Notes: a model not told the origin generated them from the letters alone. 63,596 nucleotides of DNA, filler included, from Octopus bimaculoides (GCF_001194135.2; 7 parts of 7 records of this genome joined end to end with filler, not necessarily neighbours in it), one strand, 5' to 3'. Shown: positions 26,092 through 38,299, counted from the whole stretch's first letter. Program-made: numbers and translations.

Positions 26092-27789
26092 GATATATTT
26101 ACAGAATAACAAATAAATAAATGAGATTCGATCTTGAGATGCACATTTGTCATAATGGAAATGTACAACCGGCCTCATTAACTGAAAACAGAAAGAAAAT
26201 GTAACAAAAAGAAAGTGTGGGAAAGCATTACTTATACCTTTGTATAATGCGTCAAAAACACAATACCGCCTAACTAGGTACTGACAATTTTCTTGTGCTC
26301 CATATTTTAATTGAAATTCATAAAAAAAACTGAAGGGAGATTCAAAAATAGAATGAAATTGATTACATATTGTGTTATTCAACATTTCATAGATTTCTTT
26401 CCATCCAATACAACACATTCAAATAAATAATTTCTTACATCTTGAGACACACACTTAATTGACGTCTTTTAAATACATTTATGTTTCCAAGTTTCGTTCC
26501 TTACAATATATAATAGGATGTTCGCTGTTTTTGCAGGTATTATTGTAATTATTCTTAATGTTTTTGCGTTTATATCGTATCCAATTACTTAAGCAAAGTA
26601 TTTCTCCAATATTTGGTTTTATTCATAATTTTTCATCGTTCTTTAATTACGTGGGTATTTTTATACTTACGAATTTTCGATAGATTATATTTTTCTTACC
26701 TCTTCAGCGGGTATCAACGTAAAAGACAACATAGCAGAAAACAGCATCCAAAAGGATTTACTTACTACCAAAGTTTTTTTTATTAATAATTAGATTTTTC
26801 GTATACATGATTGACTTATTGTGTAAATTGGTTACAAATTATACCAAATAGGTATTTTTACTGGAGGAGCAAAGAAATGCTAACATTTTTGGTAGTCAAT
26901 GTACGTATTGTCTTTTTCCCGTTTTCTCATTATGAATACTTCCCCTCCCACCCCACCCCATCGCTAATATCTTTAAAAACATGTTGTTACTACTTCATAA
27001 AAAAACGGTGTTAGGTAATGAGAAGAGATCTACTGGTAAATCTGCCATTGGTGCTACGTCTCTGTGAAGTAATCAAGCACTTATGCTTGAAACAGTTTGA
27101 AATATTACGCAACTTTTACGAAATCTTTTTTTCCTACTTATAACTTTGTGTTTAGTAGAACAATGTATAGCAGATTCACATATTTTGCACAATGGAACTA
27201 GCTGATAAATATTTAATGTGCCCAATAAAATTACCATGATTATTAATTAATAAACTGTTAGAAATAAATTTAATAGGATAAATGAGAATGTGTTATGTTT
27301 CGTTCTTGATACGTACACGTGTAATCAATTTTATTGGATTGCAAAGGGTTCAATAAAATTTGATGATAATAATTACATTTTCGTTGTTTTTTTTTTTTCA
27401 TTGTCTTTGTGTAATTGTGTACAAGTTTTTTGCATCAGCATATGCACTATTTTGATGTGATTTGTCAACAAGTGAAGACTTGCTATAACACCTCAAAGAT
27501 TTGTACCATTACGTCTGGTCCAATTCATTGCCGGATGCTGAGAATATGTCTTTTGACTCTATGGGGCGTGTAATCAGTGGTTCATAAACGTAAACTGACA
27601 TCAATGGAAGAAAAATAATTACAAAGTCTATTACGAAGACGTTAGAACCGTTAGTTACTTTGACTACCAAATTAATGACGTGCATATTTCGACCAATACT
27701 TACTTATATGAGCTCATATCCAGATAGAAGGCCCAGATAGAGGTGCTCAGGTTTTTATTTGAAGTTCTGGCTTAATCTGGAGTGCAACA

Positions 27790-27912
27790 GGTAATTGTTT
27801 TCTCGCCCCGGAAAGGATGACAAGCAACGTTGGCCCCGGTGGAATTTGAACTCAGGAAATAAAGACGGACGAAATGTTGCTAAACGTTTCGGTTGATATG
27901 TTAACGATTCTG
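27790..27912 (-). mobile_element. Partial Meta-core-like SINE
   Basis: ccggaaaggatga...ggtggaatttgaactcag...gttaacgattctg is the reverse complement of the family head. Confidence 0.6.
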
Positions 27913-27934
27913 TAAAGCGAGAAACTTTGAGAAA

Positions 27935-29676
27935 AGTAGGAAACTATTTGTAGCATACAGAAGTCACCACCTCAAGACAGAATATACCTACCACACTCAG
28001 AAGAAGATCGTGACTTGACACTGAAAGACAACTACTATAAAATAAAAACTTTTGGACAAGAAAACAGCTCAGAAACAAAATGTCGGTGGCTACTGCATGC
28101 AATGGGGCAGCACGAAAAGATTAGAACGCGTTTTTCTATATACAAGTGGGTGATATAATATATAAAACAAAAACAAAGTTCACTAAAATATTATACTTAG
28201 AAGATGACAACAGAAGTGAAATGATTAAGGACACAAAAAACATGAACAGATAACTACAGAGCATACTAAACAATAAATGGAGATAAAAATCACTCCATGC
28301 CAAATACGGCGCTCGCCTTGACAGGGAAGATGTGAGCCTAAATGGAAGCCAACGATGCCTTAAAATCTCTGGACGGAAGGACCTACGCTTGATGCACACG
28401 ACCCATGCTTGAGCATAAAGGCAAAATAATGAAAATAAGTCCTAATAGCAAATGACAAATCTGAAGAATATGCAACCAGCACAATGAGGGAGACGACAAC
28501 GTTATCCCCGGCTAACCACTCCAATCCAAATATGAATATCATTATCTGGATACCAGACACGACCGATATGTAGTTATATCCAAAAGGCAATATGCCAGCA
28601 CTACAATATAAAGCCAAACAAGTAATGGTAAGACATGTGGTTGGTTGTTGGTACTCCGTCGGTTACGACGATGAGAGTTCCAGTTGATCCGATCAACGGA
28701 ACAGCCTGCTCGTGAAATTAATGTGCATGTGGCTGAGCACAGCACAGACACTTGTACCCTTAATGTAGTTCTCGAGGAGATTCAGCGGGACACAGGGTGT
28801 GACAAGATTGGCCCTTTGAAATACAGCTACAACAGAAACAGGAAGAAAGACTGAGAGAAAGTTATGGTGAAAAAGTACAGCATGGTTCGCTACCATTCCC
28901 TGCCGAGCCTCGTGGAACTTTAGGTGTTTTCGCTGAATAAATACTCACAACGGCCGGTCTGGGAATCGAAACCGCGATCCTACGACTGCGAGTCCGCTGC
29001 CCTAACACCTGGGCCATTGCGCCTCAACAGGTAAATACGTTGCATGACAAGGATTGGGCCGCAATAATTTAGCATAATCCTGTACGAAGTACAAACTAAA
29101 ATAAATTGCGGTCCGTTCTAAACAGAATATTGCCCGAAAAGTAGTCCAGAAATTGTTGAAATATTAAAGATGTTATGGAGGTAAAATAATACCAGTAATA
29201 AATGGAGCATTGGGTATAAAAAAAACAACAACAAGGGACAGAAACGTTTAAGTCATAGCTGGATCCACAACACTACCCCAAATATAACCCTATTAGGGAC
29301 TGCTCACATACTACGCAAGTTACTATTATTTCAGTTATTTGCGCAGCTCAAATAAAACAATCCACGAATACAAAACACCTTCTATACAATAAGCATCTAC
29401 TAAAATAAACAATCCCACAACATGTACTATACAGGTTGGATACCCAACCGAATAACAACACGTTTTGCACACGTACCACACCACAATGCAAATCGTCATA
29501 TCACAAAAAACTCTAGCCAAACCCTGTAACAAAAGGAACTGATTCCACACAGTAACGGGATTAGTTTGTACTCTCCTGACGCTAACAAAAACTAGAACAC
29601 ACAATGCTGCACACATTTCAGGTGATGCAGTAGAAATTTACCTGAAATTATCGAAAACTAATAATAATAACAATAA
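27935..29676 (+). mobile_element. R4/Dong-clade non-LTR retrotransposon 3' portion (decayed), interrupted by a SINE
   Basis: Frameshifted peptides RKLF..HHLK/RIYLPHSEEDRDL, KW..KSLHAKY, RICNQHNE (decayed CCHC), RHD, IIPVINGALG and LLGTAHILRKLL (29290-29325). It ends in an (AAT)n tail. Confidence 0.8.
28638..29025 (-). mobile_element. Full-length tRNA-derived SINE nested in the R4/Dong element
   Basis: Reverse complement of the family at 47303 (gaggcgcaatggcccag...cgacggagtaccaacaac). Confidence 0.9.
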
Positions 29677-29689
29677 TACGAACCCTAAG

Positions 29690-30015
29690 AAGAAAATAAA
29701 AATAGAGTGACCATAATGTAGGAATATAATGTAAGCCGTAAAAATATTTAGTAGCGACATTATGATGGCATTCGGAACCGAAAAAATGTGCTATGATAGA
29801 GATGAATCTGGGAAAAATCCATAAAAAGTATGGAATAGATCTTGTATTATGATGAGAACATAAAAATCATTAAATGGAGAAGAAGTATATAAATAAGTGG
29901 GCATATTGGAAATGACAAACGAAATGTATAAAAATGAAGGAAGCCCTCATAAATGACCAGAATGAAGAATCTAGAATGCAAAGTGAATATGATAAACCCC
30001 ATACAAGCAATAGGT
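29690..30015 (+). mobile_element. R4/Dong-type reverse transcriptase C-terminal fragment
   Basis: SSDIMMAFG-(fs)-EKCAMIE, EEVYK*VGILE and NPIQAI correspond to the FSxDIxMxFGxxKCA, YKYLG and NKIQAIN motifs. Confidence 0.6.
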
Positions 30016-30762
30016 TTTTCCTATTTTGTCTTTTTTAATAATCTTCACTTTTTAGCATCCATCATTTTACCTATCCAAAAATATTCCTAGGCCGATGGCT
30101 TTAACATCTTTCTATTAGAATCACCATAGCTTCCTCTTCCCTTTTGATACCCCCTCTCTCACTCTTTCTCTCTCTGTTTCCCTTTTTTACGTTCACTTAT
30201 TATAGCGGCCCTTTATTATAATATTTTTTTTTTTGTCTTCTTTCCTTCTAAAATATATAAACTTTTGTGACAAATATAGCCGTAGGGCGAAGGTTTTAAA
30301 ATACCTTCTGAATGTAGAAGATATCCCATTGTCCACACACTTGACAGCTTTGTCTCTCAAGTGAGAGCTTTGATTCTGAAAGGGAGAATTTGATTGGTTG
30401 AAGGATTAAGTAATAAGTATGCTGACAATAAAATAGGTAGTAGCTCAGAATGCCCGTACACTTACATCTCTTTTCGGGTGTGGAACGCTTATAGTGGAAA
30501 TTCAATTTTAGGTAAAGACGGTTAACGGGCGTGATATATGACAGAAAGCGAAATACACAAAGAAGAGAAAAAAGGAAAGCGTTGAAAACAACAAACAAAA
30601 AGCAGCTGAGAAATTCCAACGGACGTAAGAAAAGCATGGAAATGACGATATATCAATATATCACCTTCCACAGCAGCAACGCCAGAATCATCAGCATCAT
30701 TACCACCATCACTATCAAATCAACTAGCACCATTTACATATTTAATACTACAAACACTAACA

Positions 30763-30960
30763 CGGCGTTGATCTGGCAGAATGCCGGACAAAATTCTCAC
30801 CGACATCTCGTGCGTCTTCAAGTTCTAAGTTCAAATTCGGCAAAGATCGACTAACATCCTTTTGGGGTCGACAGGATATGTACCAGATGAGCACTGGGAG
30901 TCACTGTAATTGACTTACTTCCTCTCCTGAACTTGCTGACCTTGTGCCAAAATTTGAAAC
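30763..30960 (+). mobile_element. Meta-core-like SINE
   Basis: gttctaagttcaaattcggcaaagatcgac...gaccttgtgccaaaatttgaaac. Confidence 0.7.
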
Positions 30961-33900
30961 TAATATTATGAACACCAGTACAATCAATCTTCACCTGGAA
31001 ACAGGTAAAGAAGTCTCGCAGAGGAAACATGACCAACATGGCGCAGAGACACAGAGATTTATAAAGCATATACCGCAACACCTAAACATTTCGTACTAAG
31101 ATAACTACACACCTACAACTATCATATCACAGCAAACACAAATCCTAAAAAACATAACAACATAAAATATAACAGTAAAATAAGAAGAAAACACCCTGAG
31201 GAAATATAAGATTTCCAAGGGCCATGAGCAAAATTATATACAGAAACTTTACAGTCAGTACCAATAAATACCCAGAAGAACATATTGCATCTTCTTGCGC
31301 AATAAAGTCAGTGTTGTCACTCAATTTCCGGTATTCATCATACACGATTTTACTCAGAATAGAATGCGTAATGGGACGCGTCAAGGTGGCATTTAGTGAC
31401 ATATGATGCAAACTCACCTTCTCAATGAGCGCAAGTCACTTTACATAGACAAGGTAGCTATCACTGTGGCCAGAATATCAGACATACAAGCCTTATTTAG
31501 CGTTTCATAGGCGTTCTTATCATCCAATCACCTGGAAGGATATGGAGTATCTTTCGGAACCCAAATTGATAATTTGTAGTGCTGGACATGACCAGGAATG
31601 AAGGCCATATTTTTCAACCCATATGCTTTACACGGCAGGCAAATTTTGTGACACATCTGGTGTGTTTCCCGAGATCATCATGTAATCTTGTGTTTGTAGT
31701 ACATTCGAATGTTATCACTGAATCATGATAGGATTGCGTGACGACTGATGAGAAGAGAAGGATGAAAACTTGTCTCAAACCAACTGAGGTGTTTCCACAT
31801 GACCAATATTTAACGACTAGTTCCTCCACTGAAGATGTAGGCACACTGAATTGAATGTCACAGATTATATCTAGATATAATCGTTTGTAGGTCAGTAGGT
31901 ACGGATGGCGAACTTTGGCTGCATTTAAGGTTTACAGGTGCACCGAATGGAAATCTGCGACCATAACAGAACGCGATTTCCTTCATTTGCTCTAAAGGTG
32001 CTAACATAAGCAGCGCGTAATGATCGGATGTTGTAGCTAATAACGTATATATAAAAGCTGTACCAGCCGTCACAACTCACTGGTTCCTTGACTGAGCAAA
32101 TATGGTCACCGATTGCTAGACAAGCAGCTCGTTTGTCTAAAGACCGCGTAGATACATCATATTATGTAATCTTAAGTGTGGAAAACACCACATACCTCTC
32201 GTTTACGTCATCAGAAGATTCTGGTGTCATCGAAACGATTTCCCCGACATCATATGGATTATCCTTGGCAGGGCCTTCCTTACGCACCTGGAGCTCATGA
32301 TTGCTGAAACTGCTTTTATGAGAAACGTATTCCCATCAGCCGGCATTATCAATCAATAAGGAAATACACTTATTGTTGCCACCAGATTTACATGCAGTTC
32401 ATGAATTCCAAGGTTGGCTTGCTGACAAGCCGAGTATACCATCCGAGAGATTGCTGGCCCCGGCAAAATGGGAAAGTATATAATTTCTCTATTCCATATT
32501 GATTAAGGTCTACTAAAACTCGTACCAATCACAAAAAAAAAAACATTTGTACTCTACCAAAGTTAAATCATTTATTTCCGTTGGCGCTTAAATACCTCGC
32601 ACTACAGAAAGACGTCAAACACCAGCATCTTGTTTGTGATACTTCATGTGGTACGCAATCTAAAGAGCTAATGTTACAGGAATGTCACATCATACTACTG
32701 CAACGAAAATAATCCTCTCTTCACCATCATTTGGAGGTAGCAATAACGTAGCTGGAGTCTCTATGTGATAGGAGACCGATTCAGTTATATACCATCTACA
32801 ACATGCTTAGATATTAAAATACAATATTTTTCTTACTTCGCACTAATAAATGTATTTGTTATGACATGACTATTTATTCCTGCATGTTAAACTAAAATAT
32901 ATAATCATAACAATACAAATACATTTGTTTTTCAGCCTCGATGTCAGTGAGATAATATTAAGTACAAAAAAAAAAAATCTTTGTTAAAAGTGATGAATAA
33001 TGTCTGGAAAGAAAATATGTGCAAAAAAACCTATTTCCTCAGTAGATAACATGAAAACAAAAATACACTGGAATCAGAACAGATAACATTTATTATTTCA
33101 TTACATATTTCTTTTGCGCTTATATTCTATTCAAATCTAGCCATTAACGAATATTGATAAACCTCTATAAGATGGAATATAAAAACAAAAAGATGGTGTG
33201 AGATTATTTCGTCCATCACATTTGCGTTCTTTGCAAGTATTGTCAAGTTTATATGTGAAAGTTTTTATTTTACATAAAATAGACGCTATATCAGCAAAAT
33301 ATAGTTGAAATGCATATTTCTCGTTGGTATTTCTTGAAGGTAATCGATAGTTATTTTCGACCTCTATTCACTAAACCATCTGTAGTAGCCAATGAAACGG
33401 TCTTCAAACTTTTTCACCTGTGTTACTAACTGGTTTTAGTTTTATAAACTCTTGATTTCGAACGACAGTGACTGCCATTTTGATCTCTGTCTCCCTATGT
33501 ATATTTTTACCGGGATTTTAAATGATAACATATAATAATTAAAGTTACATATCTTCCATATGTTCGTTTCCCAAGTCAGAACAATTTATTATTATTATTT
33601 TAATCACCATATGCTGTCTTATTGCAATAAGAGGTGAAATCGGGACATTATGCGAGAAATGATAAAAGCGAATTGATTTTTATTATTCTCAGTTACCATT
33701 TTGAGGTTCCCAAAGTTCAGCATAGAAGCACATATCTATCTTGCTACCCACCTCTCTCTCACTCTTTCTATTTATCTCTCTATCTCTCTATCTCTTTCTT
33801 TACTTCTTTATATAGCTAGAGACACTACTATCATGCTGATGCGAGTACTGCTATGTCAGTTGGTCATTCAATAAATGGTTGATAGGAAGGAATGGTGGTG

Positions 33901-34213
33901 GTTATATTGGTTTGGGGTTGATGACGTATAGTGGCAATAGACGTTGATATTTATCTATCTCTATTATTTTCTCTCTCTCTCCCTCTCTCTGTATATATAT
34001 ATATATATATNNNNNNNNNNNNNNNNNNNNNNNNNNNNNNNNNNNNNNNNNNNNNNNNNNNNNNNNNNNNNNNNNNNNNNNNNNNNNNNNNNNNNNNNNN
34101 NNNNNNNNNNNNNNNNNNNNNNNNNNNNNNNNNNNNNNNNNNNNNNNNNNNNNNNNNNNNNNNNNNNNNNNNNNNNNNNNNNNNNNNNNNNNNNNNNNNN
34201 NNNNNNNNNNNNN

Positions 34214-34256
<43 letters not shown>

Positions 34257-34261
34257 ATAAT

Positions 34262-34790
34262 GATTTTCGCAGCACCCTGCCCCCAATGTCCAACAGAAGA
34301 ATGCTGAGGTGGTTCCCACTCCTGCTCGATCCACTTCCGGTTTGTGACTGGTGACTATCTAGGAGTCCTTGAAGTCCTTGAAGTCCTGGAATACATATTC
34401 ATTAGAAAGACATGTGTTGTATAGCCTCGATAGCTTGTTGGGGAGTCTGCCTCTCTTTTTAAGCACGTCTGAGAGAATACCATCAAGACCTAGTGCTTTG
34501 TCATTTACCGTGGCTTTCAAGGCTTCCTCCAGCTCCTTAATGGTGATCTCATGGTAGAGGTCATCTAATTTCTGGTGCAGCTTTAGTCATTTGCAGGTAT
34601 CTAGTTCAATGCCTAGCTGATAGAGCAGGTCACAAAATATTCTAGCTCTAGGTCGGTGCGCACTTTCCGCCCTCTCTTGTCTTAGATTTAATTAGTGCTA
34701 CCGCAATGTTGCTAGTACCATAGATGGCATTCAGTTTTTATTAACAGTCGTGCTTGTAAGCCATGCTCTGCAAAGCTTATGTCTGTCTGT
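34262..34790 (-). mobile_element. RTE-clade LINE fragment, region entering the RT domain
   Basis: Minus frames give LNAIYGTSNIAVALIKSK, LDDLYHEITIKELEEALKATVNDKALGLDGILSDVLK, VFQDFKD and DIGGRVLRK. Confidence 0.8.
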
Positions 34791-34794
34791 GCCA

Positions 34795-35352
34795 TCAGTT
34801 GTTCTTCATCGATCTACCTATCCCTACCAGTACATAGAGCTGATGCGAGTCCAGCTTCGACATCTGTGCTCTATCTTGCATATCAGATGGCAGGATCGCG
34901 TTCCTGATGTTGGGTACGAAGGCTCTCATTACATCATCGTATATGCGCTGGGTGAGACATTTTCACAAGATGGAGGTCGGCAAGATCCCAAAGAGAGTCT
35001 TCTACGCAGAACTACGTCAGGGCAGGAGGAGCCGTAGTGGCCCGATCTTGCAGTACAGGAATGTGCTGAAGAGACATATGAAGAAGACCGGTATCTCTCC
35101 AGACACTTCAAGGGAGAAAGCCCTGCGGAGCGATTAATAGCATCGGTCTCTATAGAATGTAATTCTAGCCATTGAAGAGAAAACATAAAAAAAATTACGA
35201 AAGAGAACACGAGAGGCGGCACATCTCCGGTGCGTCAAGTAGGTTCAGCTAAAGCAAACATCGTCGGTGCTCCAGATCAAAATCAGGCCTTGTAGTTCAC
35301 ATGCGCGCCAGCCAGTGATAATTACGGATCAAGAATAGTTCCCGTTGACCTA
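34795..35352 (+). mobile_element. RTE-clade LINE 3' end
   Basis: LRHLCSILHIRWQDRVPDV, MRWVRHFHKMEVGKIPKRVFYAELRQGRRSRSGPILQYRNVLKRHMKK and terminal CSRSKSGLVVHMRA, followed by a microsatellite tail. Confidence 0.85.
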
Positions 35353-35369
35353 CGACAGACAGACAGAAA

Positions 35370-35427
<58 letters not shown>

Positions 35428-36055
35428 NNNNNNNNNNNNNNNNNNNNNNNNNNNNNNNNNNNNNNNNNNNNNNNNNNNNNNNNNNNNNNNNNNNNNNNNN
35501 NNNNNNNNNNNNNNNNNNNNNNNNNNNNNNNNNNNNNNNNNNNNNNNNNNNNNNNNNNNNNNNNNNNNNNNNNNNNNNNNNNNNNNNNNNNNNNNNNNNN
35601 NNNNNNNNNNNNNNNNNNNNNNNNNNNNNNNNNNNNNNNNNNNNNNNNNNNNNNNNNNNNNNNNNNNNNNNNNNNNNNNNNNNNNNNNNNNNNNNNNNNN
35701 NNNNNNNNNNNNNNNNNNNNNNNNNNNNNNNNNNNNNNNNNNNNNNNNNNNNNNNNNNNNNNNNNNNNNNNNNNNNNNNNNNNNNNNNNNNNNNNNNNNN
35801 NNNNNNNNNNNNNNNNNNNNNNNNNNNNNNNNNNNNNNNNNNNNNNNNNNNNNNNNNNNNNNNNNNNNNNNNNNNNNNNNNNNNNNNNNNNNNNNNNNNN
35901 NNNNNNNNNNNNNNNNNNNNNNNNNNNNNNNNNNNNNNNNNNNNNNNNNNNNNNNNNNNNNNNNNNNNNNNNNNNNNNNNNNNNATATATATACTTGGAA
36001 ATGGATACGTGGCGTTCAATCATATAATAATATAAATAATATATAAATATATATG

Positions 36056-36504
36056 CATACATACACATACATATGTACATCCATACATTTCTATATACAT
36101 GCATATATGGGCGCAGGACAACATGAAATATAAAACAACATGAAATACGAAAAACGAAAAGGAACTTTTTTTGCGAACAACTTTCACCCTCCACAAAATA
36201 CCAAATGTTATTTAATTTGCTTCGCTGGAGCAGCTGTTATGACGAAAAAGTATTCTGTTGTGAAATGCTCGAAATACGAAGTAGAAAAACAGCCAACAAC
36301 TAATACAGGGTTGTTTTTTAATGGTACTTGTTTTGCTTTACATTTGTTTCTTTCCTTGTTCCGTCCCAAAGTTCGTATTCCATTGTTTCGTCTTTCGTAT
36401 TTTGTGTTGTTTCCTATTTCATGTTGTTTACGTTCCGCGGTGTCCTGTGCCCATATATGCATGTATATACAAATATATGTATGTACATATGTATGTGTAT
36501 GTAT
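36056..36504. repeat. Inverted repeat, arms 36056-36159 and 36386-36504
   Basis: atatacatgcatatatgggcgcaggaca (36093-36120) matches the reverse complement of 36441-36468 at 27/28 positions, and flanking blocks also match. Confidence 0.8.
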
Positions 36505-36582
36505 TTGTATATGTATGTATATGAAACCTTGACGGCTCTGCAAATCTTTCAGTGCTTTCACTCATTTCGCTGGCTTCCATAT

Positions 36583-36624
<42 letters not shown>

Positions 36625-36767
36625 NNNNNNNNNNNNNNNNNNNNNNNNNNNNNNNNNNNNNNNNNNNNTTAATTAATTAANNNNNNNNNNNNNNNNNNNN
36701 NNNNNNNNNNNNNNNNNNNNNNNNTTCTTCGTGTGTGTTACTGTGCATGCACATATGCTATTATTAT

Positions 36768-36773
36768 TTTATT
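36768..36773 (-). promoter_or_regulatory. Candidate polyadenylation signal for HOPX
   Basis: AATAAA on the minus strand about 315 nt past the stop codon. The hexamer is common in AT-rich DNA, so this is weak. Confidence 0.25.
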
Positions 36774-37086
36774 AATGTCAACCAATGAATGCACAGTGGT
36801 CATGCTGGAATTACTTAGCATGTATGTGTGTGTGTGTGTGTGTTTGTGTGTGCGTGTGCGTGCCTGTACGTGCGTGTATGTATGTGTGTGTGTTGAAGAT
36901 GAAATCTACATTGTGGTAACTTGTACCAATGCGCGCGCTAGTGAGTCTGTATAAATCTATGTATCAATATACAAATAATGGGTGTTTGTGTGAGTATGCA
37001 TGTGTGTGTTTGTGTGTATGTGTGTGATGCACCATTCTGCATCATATTATACAATCAGATTGCCAGTGTCCGTATGCCCAAAGTGG

Positions 37087-37164
37087 TTAATCCGTCACTG
37101 ATCCACCGTTGGCCGGAAGTCCCTGCTGTTGGCGCCAGCAGGCTAGTCGATGCTGGAACCAACA
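37087..37164 (-). CDS. HOPX: Terminal coding exon of a HOPX-like homeodomain-only protein (helix 3 plus C-terminal tail)
   Basis: Minus strand after a CAG acceptor reads TGT TGG TTC ... ACG GAT TAA = CWFQHRLACWRQQQGLPANGGSVTD*. Against human HOPX as I recall it (KWFKQRLAKWRRSEGLPSECRSVTD*) it has 14/25 identities, the same length and the same SVTD-stop ending. The exon starts in phase 0 at homeodomain residue 47. Confidence 0.9.
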   Translation of the reverse strand, partial: CWFQHRLACWRQQQGLPANGGSVTD

Positions 37165-37192
37165 CTGCAATGAAAAGAAGAAAACGAACACA
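37165..37192 (-). promoter_or_regulatory. 3' splice acceptor of the HOPX terminal exon
   Basis: Minus strand tgtgttcgttttcttcttttcattgCAG directly precedes the TGT codon: a polypyrimidine tract plus YAG. Confidence 0.8.
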
Positions 37193-37799
37193 GTATTATG
37201 AGATGTACGTAATGTCATTGTTCACAAATACACGAATTTCAATAATTGGAAGAAATAGCATAGAAGAGTAATAGATACTTGAAATAGAAGATGAAGAAGG
37301 GAGTGAAATAGAAAAAGAAGTTTATATATATGAGAAAGGGTTGATGCAGAAATAGGAGACGGAAACAGAGAAAGAGGAAATGGCGGAAAAAAACAAAACA
37401 GAAGAAATTAATGATGGAAATGATAGAAAGAAATCGTAGTTTTCAGATATTTAAAACGTAAATGAGTAGGAAAAGAAAGAATAAGGAAATAAGGGGATAT
37501 TAATTCAAATGAGATTTTCATAAACGAGTGCTTCGAATCGCAATGAATGCGCGCTAAAAGAAGCAGAAAATGGATGGAAGTGACAGTCGGTTTCTGCACT
37601 TGTTTCAGAAAATAAATATGGAAATAAATGTGAGCCTAAACGAGAGAGAGAGAGAAAGAGAGAAAGAGACAGACAGACAGACAGGTAGGTAGAACAGAGT
37701 GAGAAAGAATTGGCGAAGCATATGTACATACTGGCTTTTTTAACGATGAAGTCGTCAAATAATTGTTTTTGGATGGTTTTAGCAAAAGACCAGGGAAGG

Positions 37800-37975
37800 G
37801 AGCAAGTCTATAATATCAACCACAGTATTTGACTGGCACTTTATTTTATTAATACTGGAAGGAGGAAAGCGAAAGTTGACCTCATCGAGATTTGAAACCA
37901 GAACGTGAAGAGCCTGAAAAAAATACTGCATAGCATTGTGTCCGACTCTCTAACGGTTCTGCCAGTTCGCCACCT
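37800..37975 (-). mobile_element. Meta-core-like SINE in the HOPX intron
   Basis: ggaaagcgaaagttgacctcatcgagatttgaa...taacggttctgccagttcgccacc. Confidence 0.7.
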
Positions 37976-38071
37976 TCAAGTTACCAAAGGATATGTATGC
38001 GATGGGAGTTTTTGTGACAGAGTTGCAGATATATGACGAAATCTTACATTTCATAGTATATAATAATTTTG

Positions 38072-38261
38072 GCTTCAAATTTTGGCAGAAGGCCAGCAAT
38101 TTCATGGGAGGGAGTAAGTCGATCACATCGACTCTCGTGCTCAACTGGTACTTATTTTATCGACACTGAAAGGATGAAAGGCAAAGTCGACCTCGGCGGA
38201 ATTTGAACTCGGAACAAAGTATTTTGCCCAGTGTGCTAACGATTCTGCCAGCTCACCGCCC
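38072..38261 (-). mobile_element. Meta-core-like SINE
   Basis: actggtacttattttatcgac...ggatgaaaggcaaagtcgacctcggcggaatttgaactc. Confidence 0.8.
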
Positions 38262-38299
38262 TTAAGTTACGAAATAATGATATTTATACAATGAAAAAT

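Noticed and set aside
31858-32073. Gypsy RT assignment for the 71-aa ORF
   Set aside because: Only a PFG-like motif matches; there is no YxDD, and spacing to the other putative domains is incompatible.
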